From the NCBI RefSeq assembly GCF_009914755.1, contig NC_060926.1: a stretch of DNA of 64,000 nucleotides. One strand, 5' to 3'. The notes under the pieces were generated by a model that did no database searches, was not told where the DNA came from, and saw only the letters and a program-made list of their open reading frames with translations. Origin of the DNA: the human T2T-CHM13v2.0 reference genome, Homo sapiens. A program made the position numbers and the translations under genes. This document shows positions 13,150 to 26,887 of this stretch, one piece after another (the first letter of the stretch is position 1; each line of letters starts with the position of its first letter).

Positions 13150-14172
13150 TTTCCAGTGTCATTCTCCAGTGAAACGAACGAGGACTCCTTTGAGAAATGG
13201 CTGATTCCAGGGCACAGAAGGAATAAAACAATGAGGCTGGAGCACTCTATAGTGTCAGAAAATAAGTACAAAACACATACACATACACATACACACACAC
13301 ATACACATACACACACACATACACACACACACATATACACATACACACAGAGAGAGAGAGAGACATCAATATCAATGGGGGTATGCCAAAGGGACACAGG
13401 AGCCAAATGAAAGCATTCAAGAGCTCCCAAGGGCCAAAGCTGGAAGAATTTGAGCAACGAAGTATACAAAGTGTGTTAGATTAAAACCAAAAGTATAAAA
13501 TGTATGAGCCCATAGTTATATAAATAAATATCTATGAGTCCATAGTTATATAAATATCTGAGTCCATACTTAAATAAATAGCTATGAGTCCATAGCTATA
13601 TAAATAAATGATTAAATAAATAAATTAGAGAATAGGCAAATCTCCCATGCAGAAGAATTCAAAATCATGAACATAGATTCTCTTCCCTCAAAGAAGTGGA
13701 CTTAATTCTCAATACATTAAACATGGACTGAGCATAGTGACTTCCTTTCAAAGAGTACAGTGTAGAAAGAAGGTTTAAAAAAAAAAAGAATAAGTTTACA
13801 GTGGAAAAACCTGACAAATACTATCTCAGCCAGGTTATCAAGGTAAACATCAACAGAGAAGTCATATTAATAGATTGTACCCTTGATTTCATGTGATAAG
13901 AATGATATTTTACATCTGTAGTGTTCCTACCCCAAACCATAGTCCGGTCTAATCATGAATAAAAACCTAGGTAAACCCTATTTCAGAGACTGACAAAAAT
14001 ATCTAACCAGGACTTCTCAAAACTCTCAAGGTCATCAAAAACTTGGAAAATCTGAGAAACTGTCACAGTCAAGAGGAGCCTAGGGAATATGAAGACTAAA
14101 TTGGATGGGATCCCGGCATGGAAAAGGGACATTAGGTAAAAACTAAGGAAATATGAATAAACTATGGACTTT
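13150..14172 (+). mobile_element. Old L1 3' UTR (L1MC3/L1MD-type) with embedded microsatellite and minisatellite
   Basis: GAGAAATGGCTGATTCCAGGG, GGCCAAAGCTGGAAGAATTTGAGCAA, GTCAAGAGGAGCCTAGGG and TGAATAAACTATGGACTTT motifs. Confidence 0.75.
13273..13362. repeat. (CA/TA)n(GA)n microsatellite
   Basis: Directly visible; explains the TH/CV repeat ORFs. Confidence 0.95.
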
Positions 14173-16149
14173 AAAACAAAAGAAAATAAGTTACTTTGTT
14201 GTTGCTCAAGGTCACAGAACTTTTAAATGTTTAATTAAGTGGGGCTTGAGCTCTGGGTTCTGTTGCCTTCGAAGCCTGTGCTTAATTCCATTTTACAGGT
14301 CTGCTTGCAAGGGAAGAGCTCCAGCCTCCTATTTCATTTCTTAGGAGTGCTTGTAATGAGCTCTTCTGGGTATACAAAAGGTATAGGAAGAAAATTCTTG
14401 TTTCTTTCTCTAGATTTGTCTAGTTTACTCTTGAGAGAGTTTTGATTGATGCTTCCATCCATAAAACCTGTTTAGGCTGTAGTAAGATGTATTTACAATC
14501 AATTTTAATGTATGGGTTATATTTTTAATGTATCAGATTATATCTGACTCCATATATGCCTTTCCTTTTATCTTCTAGATCTTCCTTTAATCCACTGTGC
14601 TAGCTCAACTTGTTTACTGCAGGATTTTTCAAAGTCTATAATGTACTGACATTCATTTTAATTATCTCATGGAAATGTATAAGATGTAATGTTTCCAAAC
14701 AACTCTAGCCATTGAGCCCTTTCTCAGTATATTTTGAGGGATTTATGCTTTTTGAGAACACTGTGGGAAGCACTGTCCTATATGTACGTGCCCCGTAAAT
14801 GTCTTAGGTTGGCCAAGCCAACATGGGGGAAGCAAGTAAAAAGCTTTCAGCCTCTGGAGCTCTGCCAACAACCTTTCATGGGTGACCCCTTTATCTGGTC
14901 CTCCCATTCAGTTCTTCTGGTTCTTCTACTCCCCTTGTTATTGCTTTGTAATTTTGATTCTTCATCCACACCTGTGGAGGATGGACTGGCTCTGGCCTTA
15001 GCACCTTCCTTTCAGAAAGAATTCCAAAATCCATTTTTTAGCATAAGTGCTGGGATTGATCATGAGGAAAGTGCTACCAACGTTTTCACAACAAATCATT
15101 AGCTGCTGGAGAAAATGATCAGACCCATTCTTCAGCATGGCTTTCTAGCGGACAGAAGGGAGAGCTCAAACACATATTTACTGTCAAAAATTCCTTCTTT
15201 TCTGTTTGTTCTTTGTTCTTCATAATAAATACCTTGCAGTAGATTAAGATGTCTTATTTTCTCCCAACACATTTTTTCAGCAAAAATATTCCATTATATT
15301 TATATTAATATTTTCCTGTGAAAACTAGGATATTTCAGGAGGGCAAGGCACCTACCAATCAGTAAAGGACCTGCTGATATAGAGAGACAAAAATGGATTT
15401 ATAATTTATTTACTTTTGTTTCTTTTTGATAAACATTCAATTTAACTATAAGTGTATTGATTTAATTTGAATCAATCAATTTTTAAAAATGTGTTATTCA
15501 ACAAATGCAATAATTAAAATGTTAGCTTCCGGGAAGCTCAGAGCCAAGTTTTCCACCTTCGTTATCTTGAACATTTGTGTATGTGGTGGGGTTGGGGAAG
15601 GCAAATAAAAGTGTTTAAGTAAAGTGTATAAGTGGACCATTTCCCTTGCTCTGTTTCAAAACTACACTTTCCACGAAGACTTCAACATATGTCCTTTTCT
15701 TACCTATATTTCATAGTATTATTGCCAAATTTGACTGTTACGTACTTAAAACATTATCAGAGGTATTGAATTAAGAAGTAGGAAGTATAGCCATTAGTAT
15801 AGTAAGTATAGACATTCAAGATTTAATCAATCTTCTGAAAGTTGGCTTTTTCATTGTGTGGTAACTAACATGATAAATGATAGTAGCCATAAATTCTCCC
15901 CACTTTTAGTTAAGAAGCACCTGTTTTTTTTTCTGATCTCAAGTATTCAGTTTTACCACCCACTGCAAAAATCTCAGATTGCCATAATACAAGATTATGC
16001 TCAGGTTAGATGGACTAATTCATTTCTCTTTTTAAATAGCTCAGATATATAATCTGTGTTATACATGGTTAATATCTCCCAGTATCCATTCTTATATTTA
16101 CTTCTTTTTAAATAAGTAAATTTAGAATTTATTTCTAGAATTTCTAGAA

Positions 16150-16580
16150 CCTTCTGCTCAGGTTTTAGTTGGATATACGGTTTCCTAGCCAGAGACTAGA
16201 TTTCCAGCCTCTTTTGCAGCTTAGGTCACTCATACGACTAAGCTTCAGGCTATGGGATATGATTAGAGGTAATGGGAGTATCTTTCAGGTCAAATCCCTT
16301 AAAAAGAAAATTTCTTGTGCTCCAATTCTCTTTTCTTTCTTTCGTTGGACTAGAATGCAGATATTATAGCGAGTTATCTCTGATCAGGCTGTCATGAACA
16401 TCACTATGAAAGATTTAATAGATTTAAGAGCCACATAACAGAATGAACCTGGGTCCTTAGAGCAGAGCCACTGGGGTTACTTACCAACTCTGGACAATTA
16501 TGTGTGAGAGGAATAGGCCTCTATCTTGTTTGAGCCACTGTATTTTGAGGACTCTGTCATAACAGCTTAATATATACTAT
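16150..16580 (+). mobile_element. Old MaLR/ERVL LTR (MLT1J-like)
   Basis: GACTAGATTTCCAGCCTCTTTTGCAGC...TCTATCTTGTTTGAGCCACTGTATTTTG motifs. Confidence 0.55.
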
Positions 16581-17960
16581 AAAACATCACCTAAAGCTTT
16601 TGATTCATTTTTATATGAATTGTAGCATACAGGATCATATTTTTTTTATTGTCCTCAGTAGCCAACAACTTGGGCAGGATCTCCACAGTGACGATTTAAT
16701 CATGCTTGGATATATCTTTCTAGTTTAGGAGCATGGAACCTAGAGCCTTCTGAGGCCAGAGCCTGTCAGTGACTCCAACTTCAGAATCCAGGACACTGAC
16801 CCCATTTGTCAAAAGTGTCTGTCAGGACATTTCAACAGGAGGAAGAACTCAGTCAAGATACATAAATAGTTACTGGTTTTGCAGTCCAAAAAATACTAAG
16901 CCAGTAGAAGACAAGCTACAAACCAGAATTAGTGGGTTGATAGCCTGAGATGCAGAAATACCAGGGTAATCTACATCTCCACCCACAAGATGAACAAAGC
17001 AAGAAATAAACATGGTTAGGAGAGTGAGTATAAGGTTCCCATAAGTTGCAGAGTTGGCTTAAAATGAGTCAACTGAAGTTGTCTTTTGCATGTATAGCTT
17101 GAGATGGCTCAGCTAAGAAGAGAGATGGGCTGCACTGGACATAGTAAGTCTACAAGACAGAATGACTGAAGATATTTGTGCTGAGAATTGCCTAGAGATT
17201 GTGTAAGCAGTCAACTTAACTCATCTTTACCCACCCATGCTATATAAGGGGATGGCAAGTTGGGGGAGGGTTGTAGTAAGTGGCCCAAAAAGCAGATGCA
17301 CACATTTAACTTTATGTTGGAATGAGCTTAGATTTTGAGGAAAATGCTGGCCATACTGGCTAGTCTACACTGGAGACAGATACATAGTCCTGGAAAAATT
17401 CAGTAAAGTTACCATCCCGAGGGCCTTTATGGAAAGAAATCCTCAAGGTGCAGGCTGCTACAGCTTGACTTTGAACTTTACAGATCCAGATTTTCCTGGT
17501 TAGGGCAATGACTCTGTTACAGAAGAAATAATATATCTTCACATACAGACTTTTAAATATAAGAAAGTAAAACACAGTACAAATATACTTCTTTTACTGC
17601 TCTTCCAGTAGGTACCAGCCTGGACTTTGGAGTCGATTTTATGCATATTTACAAAGCTTCCAGCTTCATATTGTCTGTGCCAGGCTTAGGGGGTCAGCAC
17701 TACATTAGCTATCCAAATTTTGTTTCCTTTTTTTTTTTGACTGGTTTTCTTCATGTCCTTCCATATATTTTCTATACAATAAAAATATACATACTCTCTT
17801 TTTAATAAAAGTATGCTGTTATGCATATTTTTCTGCTTCTTGCTTTTTTAACCTTCTTGATTGGAAGGCAGAAATTTGAGGTAACATTTAACATTTGAGC
17901 ACACGAAATTGGGTATGGGAAATCGATTTTTCTCTTAGTGACTTTTGTTCTTGTATTTCT

Positions 17961-18080
17961 TTTATTTTATTTTATTATTATTACACTTTAAGTTTTAGGG
18001 TACATGTGCACAATATGCAGGTTTGTTACATATGTATACATGTGCCATGTTGGTGTGCTGCACCCATTAACTCGTCATTT
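17961..18080 (-). mobile_element. L1PA 3'-terminal stub (about 120 bp)
   Basis: T-rich tail, then CTTTAAGTTTTAGGGTACATGTGCACAA...CCCATTAACTCGTCATTT. Possible short TSD TTTCTT. Confidence 0.9.
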
Positions 18081-19212
18081 TCTTAAATGTCACCTTGATG
18101 TTCCTTAAGGGCCAAGAGAAAGAATTTTAAGGTGATTAATATGTTTTATCTTCCACCTCAAGAGGCACCATTCTGCCATACATTAGTGATCTGAAGTTGA
18201 CTATAAATTTAATTAGTTTGCCTTTGCTATGGCCTGGCATTTTTGTGATGCACGTTGTTCCCATGGATGCAAGGGCAGTATATTTAACTAATAAACAATT
18301 ACAAAGAATAATGACATTTTATCATGGTGTGTATACCCTTTCTTGTATAAATATACAGAAGCAACTCAATAAATTTTATTTAAAACTCAAAAAAAAAGAA
18401 GCTGAGTAAAGATTTTCATTGCAGCATCAGCTTATAGATACTCAAATCAGTTGTTAGATCCTTACCTTAGTATCAGATCCACTAGGAAATCTATGACTGG
18501 CTCCTAGGGGAGAGGAAGGGGAATATAATAAAGGCAAAGTGATAGTGAATTGGGTGAGTCAGTTATCTTTGAAACATCATGAAAAACATACAGAAACTGA
18601 GACCCCAGAGCCAACTCAGTTACAGTGTGAAGAGTGCAATGCAGATGATGGGGGAGGGTATTTCTCACCCACTCTTATGCAGTTAGTGGTGAAGAGGAGC
18701 AGAAGAGCAATAGCAATGGGAGGAAAGTTTCTGAAGCAAGGTCAGGAATGTCTGCAGCCAAGAAGAGGAAGAAAAATAGAGACCACTTTAGCCATTCAGT
18801 GATTGCTGGAAATGACAAAAAGCAGGGATACTCATAGGTGGTGACGAGGAAGACCAAATTTGCCACCCCAAAAAGCCACTTGAGCCACTTCCGGAGGTTC
18901 TGATGATGAAAGGAAGAAAATGGTCAGGTGCTTGGAGTTCTGGTGATGCTGCCAAAGAGGTCTCAGTGAAAGACTGTTTGGTCATCAATACTGTCATCCA
19001 CATTCCTCATTCGCACTCCCTGATTTTAGTGGAAAACACAGGACTATTTTTGATTCTCAGAATAGATTTCTCTTTCATGATTGAGGACATAATATAGAGA
19101 AAACTCCACTGACTTAAGATTTGGCTATTTCATATTTTTGCAGATAACTAATGAAGGGCCCTTGAGAGATACAGAACTACAGTACATGACAAAAGAGCAA
19201 CATCCCATAAAT

Positions 19213-19219
<7 letters not shown>

Positions 19220-19266
<47 letters not shown>
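19220..19266. repeat. (CA)n microsatellite
   Basis: Long uninterrupted CA run. Confidence 0.97.
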
Positions 19267-19269
<3 letters not shown>

Positions 19270-21199
19270 TTTTAGACTTGGCAAAAAGATCTTTGACGTG
19301 AAATTGTTACATAATGATTAATGAGAATTATTTTGCCTTTCTTCTGAAGAGGAAAGAGGGAAAATATCATACTGCAACCTACATTACCCTTTGTGATGAT
19401 AATTTATTATAGTAAGGGATAGAAATCTGGTGCTATCTGCAATGTCCCTTCATGAAAATGAAGAATAAACTCGAAGGGAAAAGCTCCTCTTAAACTTGTT
19501 CACAGACTTCTCTTTCAATGTTTTGACCTTGCTCCTATAAAATTTGGTGCAGAATGGCAAAGGGATAAAATAATATTTTTCCACCGTAAACCATTTATTT
19601 GGATATTTGAAAAAAAAGTAGTATACGGATGGTTGTATTTAGGGAAAACAAAATGTTGACATATAGTGGTTCACTTGACTGAACTGAATTTTCCAACCCA
19701 AATGAAAAAAACAAAAACCAAAGGAGGAATAGCAGATGAGGGCAAAATTAGGACGGTTACTGGGAAAATTAATGGTTGCCTTCCTGACATTACGTGGAAG
19801 GTGCCTACAGATCTCCATACATCAGAATTTTTTTCTTTATATTTACACCCAGGGTGCCTAAACCTCTTATGATTTCCTTAGGCTAAAACATCACTGAAAA
19901 CAGCTGAAATGTAACTGCTCCTCTGGAGGGCAGTACGATGAGATGACAGAAGCCCTGGAAAGGACACAAAGACCAACTCAGAGTCTCTGCCACTTACTCA
20001 TTATGAGACTCTGGACAATGTGCCTAACCTTGCTGGGCCTCAATTTTTCAACTGCATTATAGGGTGACATCTACAATCAGCTAATATGTGTGGATAGGCC
20101 TTAAATAAAGAATCTAATTTGGCTTGTTTACAGGGGATGAAGAAAATAATGGAAGGTCAGACTGTAGAAATACGGAAGAGCTGATGAGGAGGGTTTAGGG
20201 TGCTAAGTCAAAGAATTTGGAATTTATTCTCTATTTTATAAGGCATACTTGATATCATTAAAGGCAGTGACAATGTATACTAATGTTTTAGTTTTAAATA
20301 TTGAGAGAATGAATAAAAAGATTTGGGCTACTGAGTTATTAAAAACATAGAGAAAACATTTTGAATTTGAGTCCACTGTATTACAGTGTATAAAGCTTTT
20401 TTTAATACTGTAGGAATTAATCCAATTTCCTTTCCTTTTTTCTTCTCCTTTTTTTTCCAGTAGAAAAAACAACAACAACGCTGCTTTGGAACTGTAAAAC
20501 AAATAGTGCATTGAAGAAAGTTAACAGTTTTTCACTGTAACTTTCGTTTTGGGAGGTATCAAGTACTCAAGGATCAGGATGCACATCAAGGCCTTGAGGT
20601 ATACTACTTGCCTTATTCCTTTATACAATAATAATCACTAAATGATCACTACTTGGGATTCCTGCTTTAATATTATCCAAACAGTGCTTATCAAAAGAAA
20701 GTTACAGTTTTCTTTGCTGCTTTTTCAATACATTCAATAAATTGCATCTTTTCACCTTTATAAGATTTTGGAGTCACATAAAATTAAAATAATTGGTAAT
20801 AATGACAACAAGGAAATAGACGAGGGCAGATATCTACATCAACCATGCTTCACTAGCTGCCTACACCATGGCCAGCTAGCCTTGTTCTTACCTGGTTTTA
20901 CATGAGAAATTTGAGTATAGTCAATACAAAGTATGAAAGAAAGAAGAAGGGTTTAAAAATTGTTGTCAGGATCATGTGACTAATGCCAGCCCATAATTGC
21001 AATTTAATTAAAAAAAAAACCTCTAAAACATTGACATACCATATGTGCAACAACAGTCAATGGTAGACAGGAAAAGATATAAATATAGTATTTGAATATA
21101 GTATATCTTAAAAAAATTGAATAAGGAGTAGATTGCTTTGGAATTCTAATTACTAATAAAACTTACTTAAAATTTAAAAATAGCATGAGAATGTTTTGT

Positions 21200-22500
21200 G
21201 AAATCAATTTTTAACTCAATTGGGTAAATGCCTAGGAGCATGATTGCTAGATTATTCAGTGAGAATATATTGTTTTATAAAAAACTGCCAAACTGATTTC
21301 CAAAGTAGATATTTTGCATTCTCATCAGCAGCAAATGAGAGTTTCTATTCTTATCCATTCTTACCAGTTGATATTGCCTTTTTATGTTTTGTTTTGTTTT
21401 GGATTTTGGCCATTCTAACAGTTATGTAGTGGTATCTTGTTTTATTTTGCAATTTCTTAATAACATATGATGATAATCATATTTTCGTATGAAAACTTGC
21501 CTTCTCTATATCTTTGGTGAGGTTCTGTAAAGATCATTTTGACACTGTTAAATTAGGTTGGTTGTTTTCTTATTGTTGAGTTTTAAGAGTGTTTTTGTAT
21601 GTTTTGACTACAACTCTTTATCTAATGTGTATTTAAATATTTCTGCCACACAATGGCTTGTCTTTTCTTTCTCTTAACAGTGTCTTTCACAAAGCAGAAC
21701 TTTTAAATTTCAATTAAGTCCACCTTGTCACTTTTCTTTTTCTTTCATAGGTTGTGATTTCGATGTTATACCTAAAAACACATCAACAAAACCCAAGGTC
21801 ACTAAAATAGCCTTGTCTTCTATGTTTTCTATTAGGCATTTTGTAGTTTTCGGAATTTTCATTTAGGACTATAATCCATTTTGACTTAAATTTTAAATAA
21901 ATACACAGAAGTAGAATATGGTGGTTCTACTTTTAGTTTTATGAGGAACCTCCATACTGTTTTCCATAGAGGCTATTCAAATTTACACTCCCATGAGTAG
22001 TATTCAAAGGTTCCCTTTTCTCTATACTCTAGCCAATATATCTTCTTTTAAAAAATGAAAATAGGCATTTTATCAGGGGTAAGGTAATATCTCATTGTGG
22101 TTTTCATGTGCATTTCCCTGATAATTAGTGATTGTGAGCACCTTTATATAAACATGTTGGCCATTTGTATGTCTTTGGAAAACTGTCTATCCAGATCTTT
22201 TGCCCATTTTTAAATTGGGTTGTTTTTTGATTTTGAGTTTTAGGAGTTTCTTATGTGTTTTGGATAGTAACCCTGTCTCAGATGTGCGGTTTGCAAATAT
22301 TTTCTCCCATTCTGTAGGGTCATCTTTTCATTTATTGATTATTTCCTTTGCTGTGTAGAAGCTATTTAGTTTAATGTAATCCCACTTGTTTATTTTTGCT
22401 TTTGCTGCCTTGCTTTTGGTGTCATATCCAAAAAATCATTGCCAAGGCCAAAATGTCAAGAAGCTTTTCTCTGTTTTCTTACTAGGAATGTATAGTTTTA
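21200..22500 (-). mobile_element. Two abutting old L1M fragments from the ORF2 C-terminal region, junction near 21895
   Basis: AAACTGCCAAACTG...TGGCCATTCTAA, then AGGAACCTCCATACTGTTTTCCA...GGTGTCATATCCAAAAAATCATTGCCAAG. Confidence 0.75.
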
Positions 22501-23227
22501 CTAGCAAATAAGTGTGACTATTGGTGATTTTTTAAAAAGCAAACAACAAATTCTTCTTTGCTGACACAAGAAAAGTGATTCATTTCAATTAGTAAATCAT
22601 TTTTATGATTCTGATATCAATATCAGGGCACAAGGGTTAACATACATCTCAGAAACTAAATTTAAGCTCACATTTTCAGAGAGCATTTTTTTTTTTTGGT
22701 GGAGGAGAGTATTGAGTATAACATAGCCAAATCAATTATTATTAAGCCTAATATTGATACATGATTAATATTGACAAACATTTTGACACCACTCTACATA
22801 GTGACATCACTCTACTAAAATTATTCGCAAATCATGTCCAACAGTTGTAAATTAATTCCCTGTAAACACTAAGCCTGCAATCTCAGTATATAAACACTAG
22901 ATCAAGATGGGATCTATTAATTGGGACAAATCTTTGGAAGGTAGTCTTATTTCCTTCATGAAATCACTTTTCTGGGAAAAAGGAATCCTAATTTTTTATT
23001 CAATATAGAAATAGAAAATAAAGTGAGGCACCCATACCTTCTTAAATAGTGTGTGTATTGGTCAGCTGTGGCAGCCATTCAATACTTAACCATACTTCAG
23101 CAGTCCTGCCTCTGTGAAACAGCCTCCTCTTCACTGTGGCATTTTAGAGCAGCTAGTAACTCCCACTTGCTGCTTTGTCTGCAACTGGCTTTTCCATCTG
23201 TCTCAGCCTCTTTTCATACCATAGCAG

Positions 23228-23866
23228 AGTCAAGTCTCTTATTCATGTATTTGTGAATTCACCTAATAGTCAAAATTTATTTGTAACCCCAAATCCAATA
23301 CTCACAGTGTTGCTGTGGTTAGTCATGGACATGCACAGAGCAGCAAAAGATTTGAGTTGTCTGATGTGTGCACGTTCCTGCTGAGGCCAGATAAGACAAC
23401 GCTCTGCCCTCATTTCAGCTCTAATGCTATAAGCAAGTGTCCTTTCTATGGTGTATTTATCGCTACTTTAAAAAAAAAAAATTCTGGGATTTTCATTGGT
23501 GATTTTACTGTTTAAAATGGCCCCTGAGGACAGTGGTGAAATGCTGTCACGTGTTCTCAGGTGCAAGAAGTTTATGATTGCACCTGACAGAAGAAAAATG
23601 TGTGTTAGACAAGCTTTATTCGAGCGCAAGTTATAGGGCTGTCAACCGTAAGTTGAATATTAGCAAATAATATTTATCAGATAGGATGTCTTATCAAATA
23701 AACACACAAAATAAGGTATTTATTGATCATTTGACAAAAATGTGACCAGAGGTTTGAAGGAACCTAACCCTGTATTTCCCCTAGGAGCAATATTTCAGTA
23801 TGTGATAATCCATTTTTCTTACCAACTTTGTAGAATATAACTACTGTGAGCAACAAAAATTGACTG
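23228..23866 (+). mobile_element. MER82 (TcMar-Tigger)
   Basis: AAAATTTATTTGTAACCCCAAA, GGAACCTAACCCTGTATTTCCCCTAGGAGCAAT, and a terminus TTGACTG followed by TA. Confidence 0.8.
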
Positions 23867-25140
23867 TATCTATGGCTAAGAATAACAGCAATTTCAAATT
23901 GCTCATCAGGACCTGTGAACAGAAATATGTACTAATTTTTTAAAAATTTCAATAAGATAAAAAAGGTCAGTTTATTTTAATGCAACTTCTTGAAGTTCAG
24001 ATTTTACATCAGCATGTTCTCATCAGCTACATTGCTAATAATGATTAGGTTACTAATAGACTTTATTGAATGCTGCCTCCGGATGCTTATTAGTTCTGAA
24101 GTGTTTTTCTCTTTTTTTTGCACATAAAGCTACAGAGCTTTATGCCTTTTTCAGAGCCCTTCAGGATATTACTTCTCTGTTTTGAACGTGGAGTCTTCAT
24201 GGGATTTTTTAATAAGTAATTAACAAATTTTCAGAGGAAAGGCCATTTTCTACTTTTATTCAGTATTTAAGATGATCTATCACTGGGCAGAGTTAAGAAC
24301 ATTGAATTATTTCTTCTAATGAACTCTTAAGAAATAGCTCTTGCTTTTAACCATTTTATTTCTATTTCTATTCTGATTTTATACATAAAAGATGTGCTGG
24401 TTTCAGACAATAATTATTTGTCATTGCTAATTAACAATTATTTTGGTGAATATTTGTGAAAAATCTTTTTTTCTTAAAAAAAGAACTTTATTGCTCAAGC
24501 ATAGATAATTTTTAGAGTGAGGGCTATTGTGGGAATCCTAGACTTAACCAACTTGACTAACCTATCAGGGCAAAGAGGAGCTTGATCCTTAATTAAATCA
24601 TCAGTTACTTTGGCATCATAACAATGTCATAACAACAAGGGATAAAATTTGTGAAAGAAAATTATTTTATTTCTACCTCTGCTATGTCACACATTATTTC
24701 ATAGGGATATTTGTAGATAAATGGACAGGTACTAATAATCTATACTCTATTGAGAAAGAGAAAACATGAGAGGAAGTAATTGTAATTCATAAACTTCAAC
24801 TCTTGATTTTGGAAAACCAGAAAATCTCCAAACTCTTAATACAACTGGAGGGTAAGAAATGAAAAAAAAAAAAAAAAAAAACTAGTTCAGCCACACGTCT
24901 TGTTATGTAAGTTACCTGAAAAAAAATAAAGTACAAGCAATTTATTCATTTGAAAGTTAATTTAACAAGTCACATAGCAATGTAAATTTCTTCACTCATT
25001 GATTTCTCTTTAATTTAATAAGCATGCATTGTGCTGTGCTGTGCATTCTATAGAAAATTTATAGTTCTAGGATATAAATAATTGTCATTCAGGCATCATT
25101 TATTTAAAAAGTACTTTTTCCCTTTTAATTGCTTAGGCAG

Positions 25141-25544
25141 TGCCTTAGTTTTCTATGGGTACTATAACAAATTATCACAAAATCAGTGGCTTAGAAGCAT
25201 AAAAAATTATACTTTCACAGTTCTGGAGGCTAAAAATTCAGTATCTCCAGTCCAAAATCAAGGTGCTGATGGGGCCTGATCCCTCTAGAAGATTCAGGAA
25301 GAACATTCTTCCAGTTTCTGGTGGCTACCATTCTTTGACTTGTGATTTCCATCACTCCAATCTCTGCCTCTGTGGTTACATTGCCTCCTCTTCCTATGTG
25401 AGTGCTAAGTTAGGGCCCACTCAGAATCCAGGATAATCCACCACTCTCAATATCCTTAATGTAATCAATTTGGTGAAGACCTTTTTTTTTTTATAAGGCA
25501 ACATTTATAGGTTCCTTTTGCTGGCCATTATTCTATTAAGTATA
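25141..25544 (-). mobile_element. MLT1C/D-type MaLR LTR nested in an old minus-strand L1 (about 25050-25990)
   Basis: TAACAAATTATCACAAAATCAGTGGCTT, CACAGTTCTGGAGGCT and GGGCCCACTCAGAATCCAGGATAATC. The L1 sequence resumes at TTGTCAAAAA. Confidence 0.75.
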
Positions 25545-26588
25545 GGTACATTGTCAAAAAATCATTGATCATATTATTTAGGTCTACATCTGGACTCTCC
25601 AGTCTGTTCCATTCTCATCTCTATGGTCTAAAGCCAATACTCATAATTTCTTCATATTGTAGCATTATGGTAATATTGAAATCAGGTCATTTAAGTGCTC
25701 CATCTGTTCTTTTTTCAAAATATTCTTGTAGAATTTTTGCATTTCCATGTACATTTTGGACTAAACTTGTCAATTACTATGAAAAAGCCGGCTAGATTTT
25801 CACTGAGATTCCATTGAATTTATGGATCTTGGGAAATATGCCCTTTAAAAACTATTGAGTCTTCTGAACTATGTACAAGATATTCTTTTCCATTTGTTTA
25901 AATGTTAAAAACGTTCCTTAGCAATGTTTTTTAGTTTTCAGTGTGTAGGCTTTGTGTATATTTTGCTACTTCATGTTTTTGATACTAAACAGTATGGTTT
26001 TCTCCCCTATAATTCTGGAGTGTCTTTTATTCTAAAGATGTTTTAATCCACCACTGAAGTATGACACTTCTGAGATTACTAAATGCTTTGGATGATGACT
26101 GAGACCTTGCCACAATGCTGGCCAAGGTTTGACTATCTCCCTACTTTATGTGAGCTTAGAAAATTATTCAGTTAAAACTCTGTAGTCCTGCCTCAAGGAG
26201 TCTCACCCTATGGAAGTGTAGCACAGTTCTCAGCAAAGACACAAATGGCAAATTCTGAAGCTGGTTTTGTTTTTGTCTTTTACACAATTTCCTCTCACCT
26301 CAGTTCTCCCGGTACCTAATCTCCATGTTCTCAGTTCAGTGAGACCGCTTGACACTTCCTTGGTTACAGAGTCATTTAGAATGTGCCTCCAGCCAGACAG
26401 CTGGGGGTGATTGTGGATTCCCTTGGTTCTCCTTGTCACAGGGCTTATGTGCCTGTTTTGCATGTTTCCAATGTCTAAAAATAATTATTTCATGTGTTTT
26501 TTTCCAATTTTATAGTTATTTATGGGAGGAGGTTATGATCCTTGTTATTTCATCATGGTTAAAAGGCAAAGTTATTATGTTAACTTTT

Positions 26589-26887
<299 letters not shown>

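Noticed and set aside
13093-13469. ORFs with TH and CV dipeptide repeats
   Set aside because: Translation of a CA microsatellite.
14734-15102. 122-aa ORF in unique DNA
   Set aside because: Non-ATG start, no recognisable domain and no supporting gene structure.
24123-24144. 9-bp perfect hairpin CATAAAGCT-acag-AGCTTTATG
   Set aside because: Short enough to arise by chance in 64 kb of AT-rich DNA.
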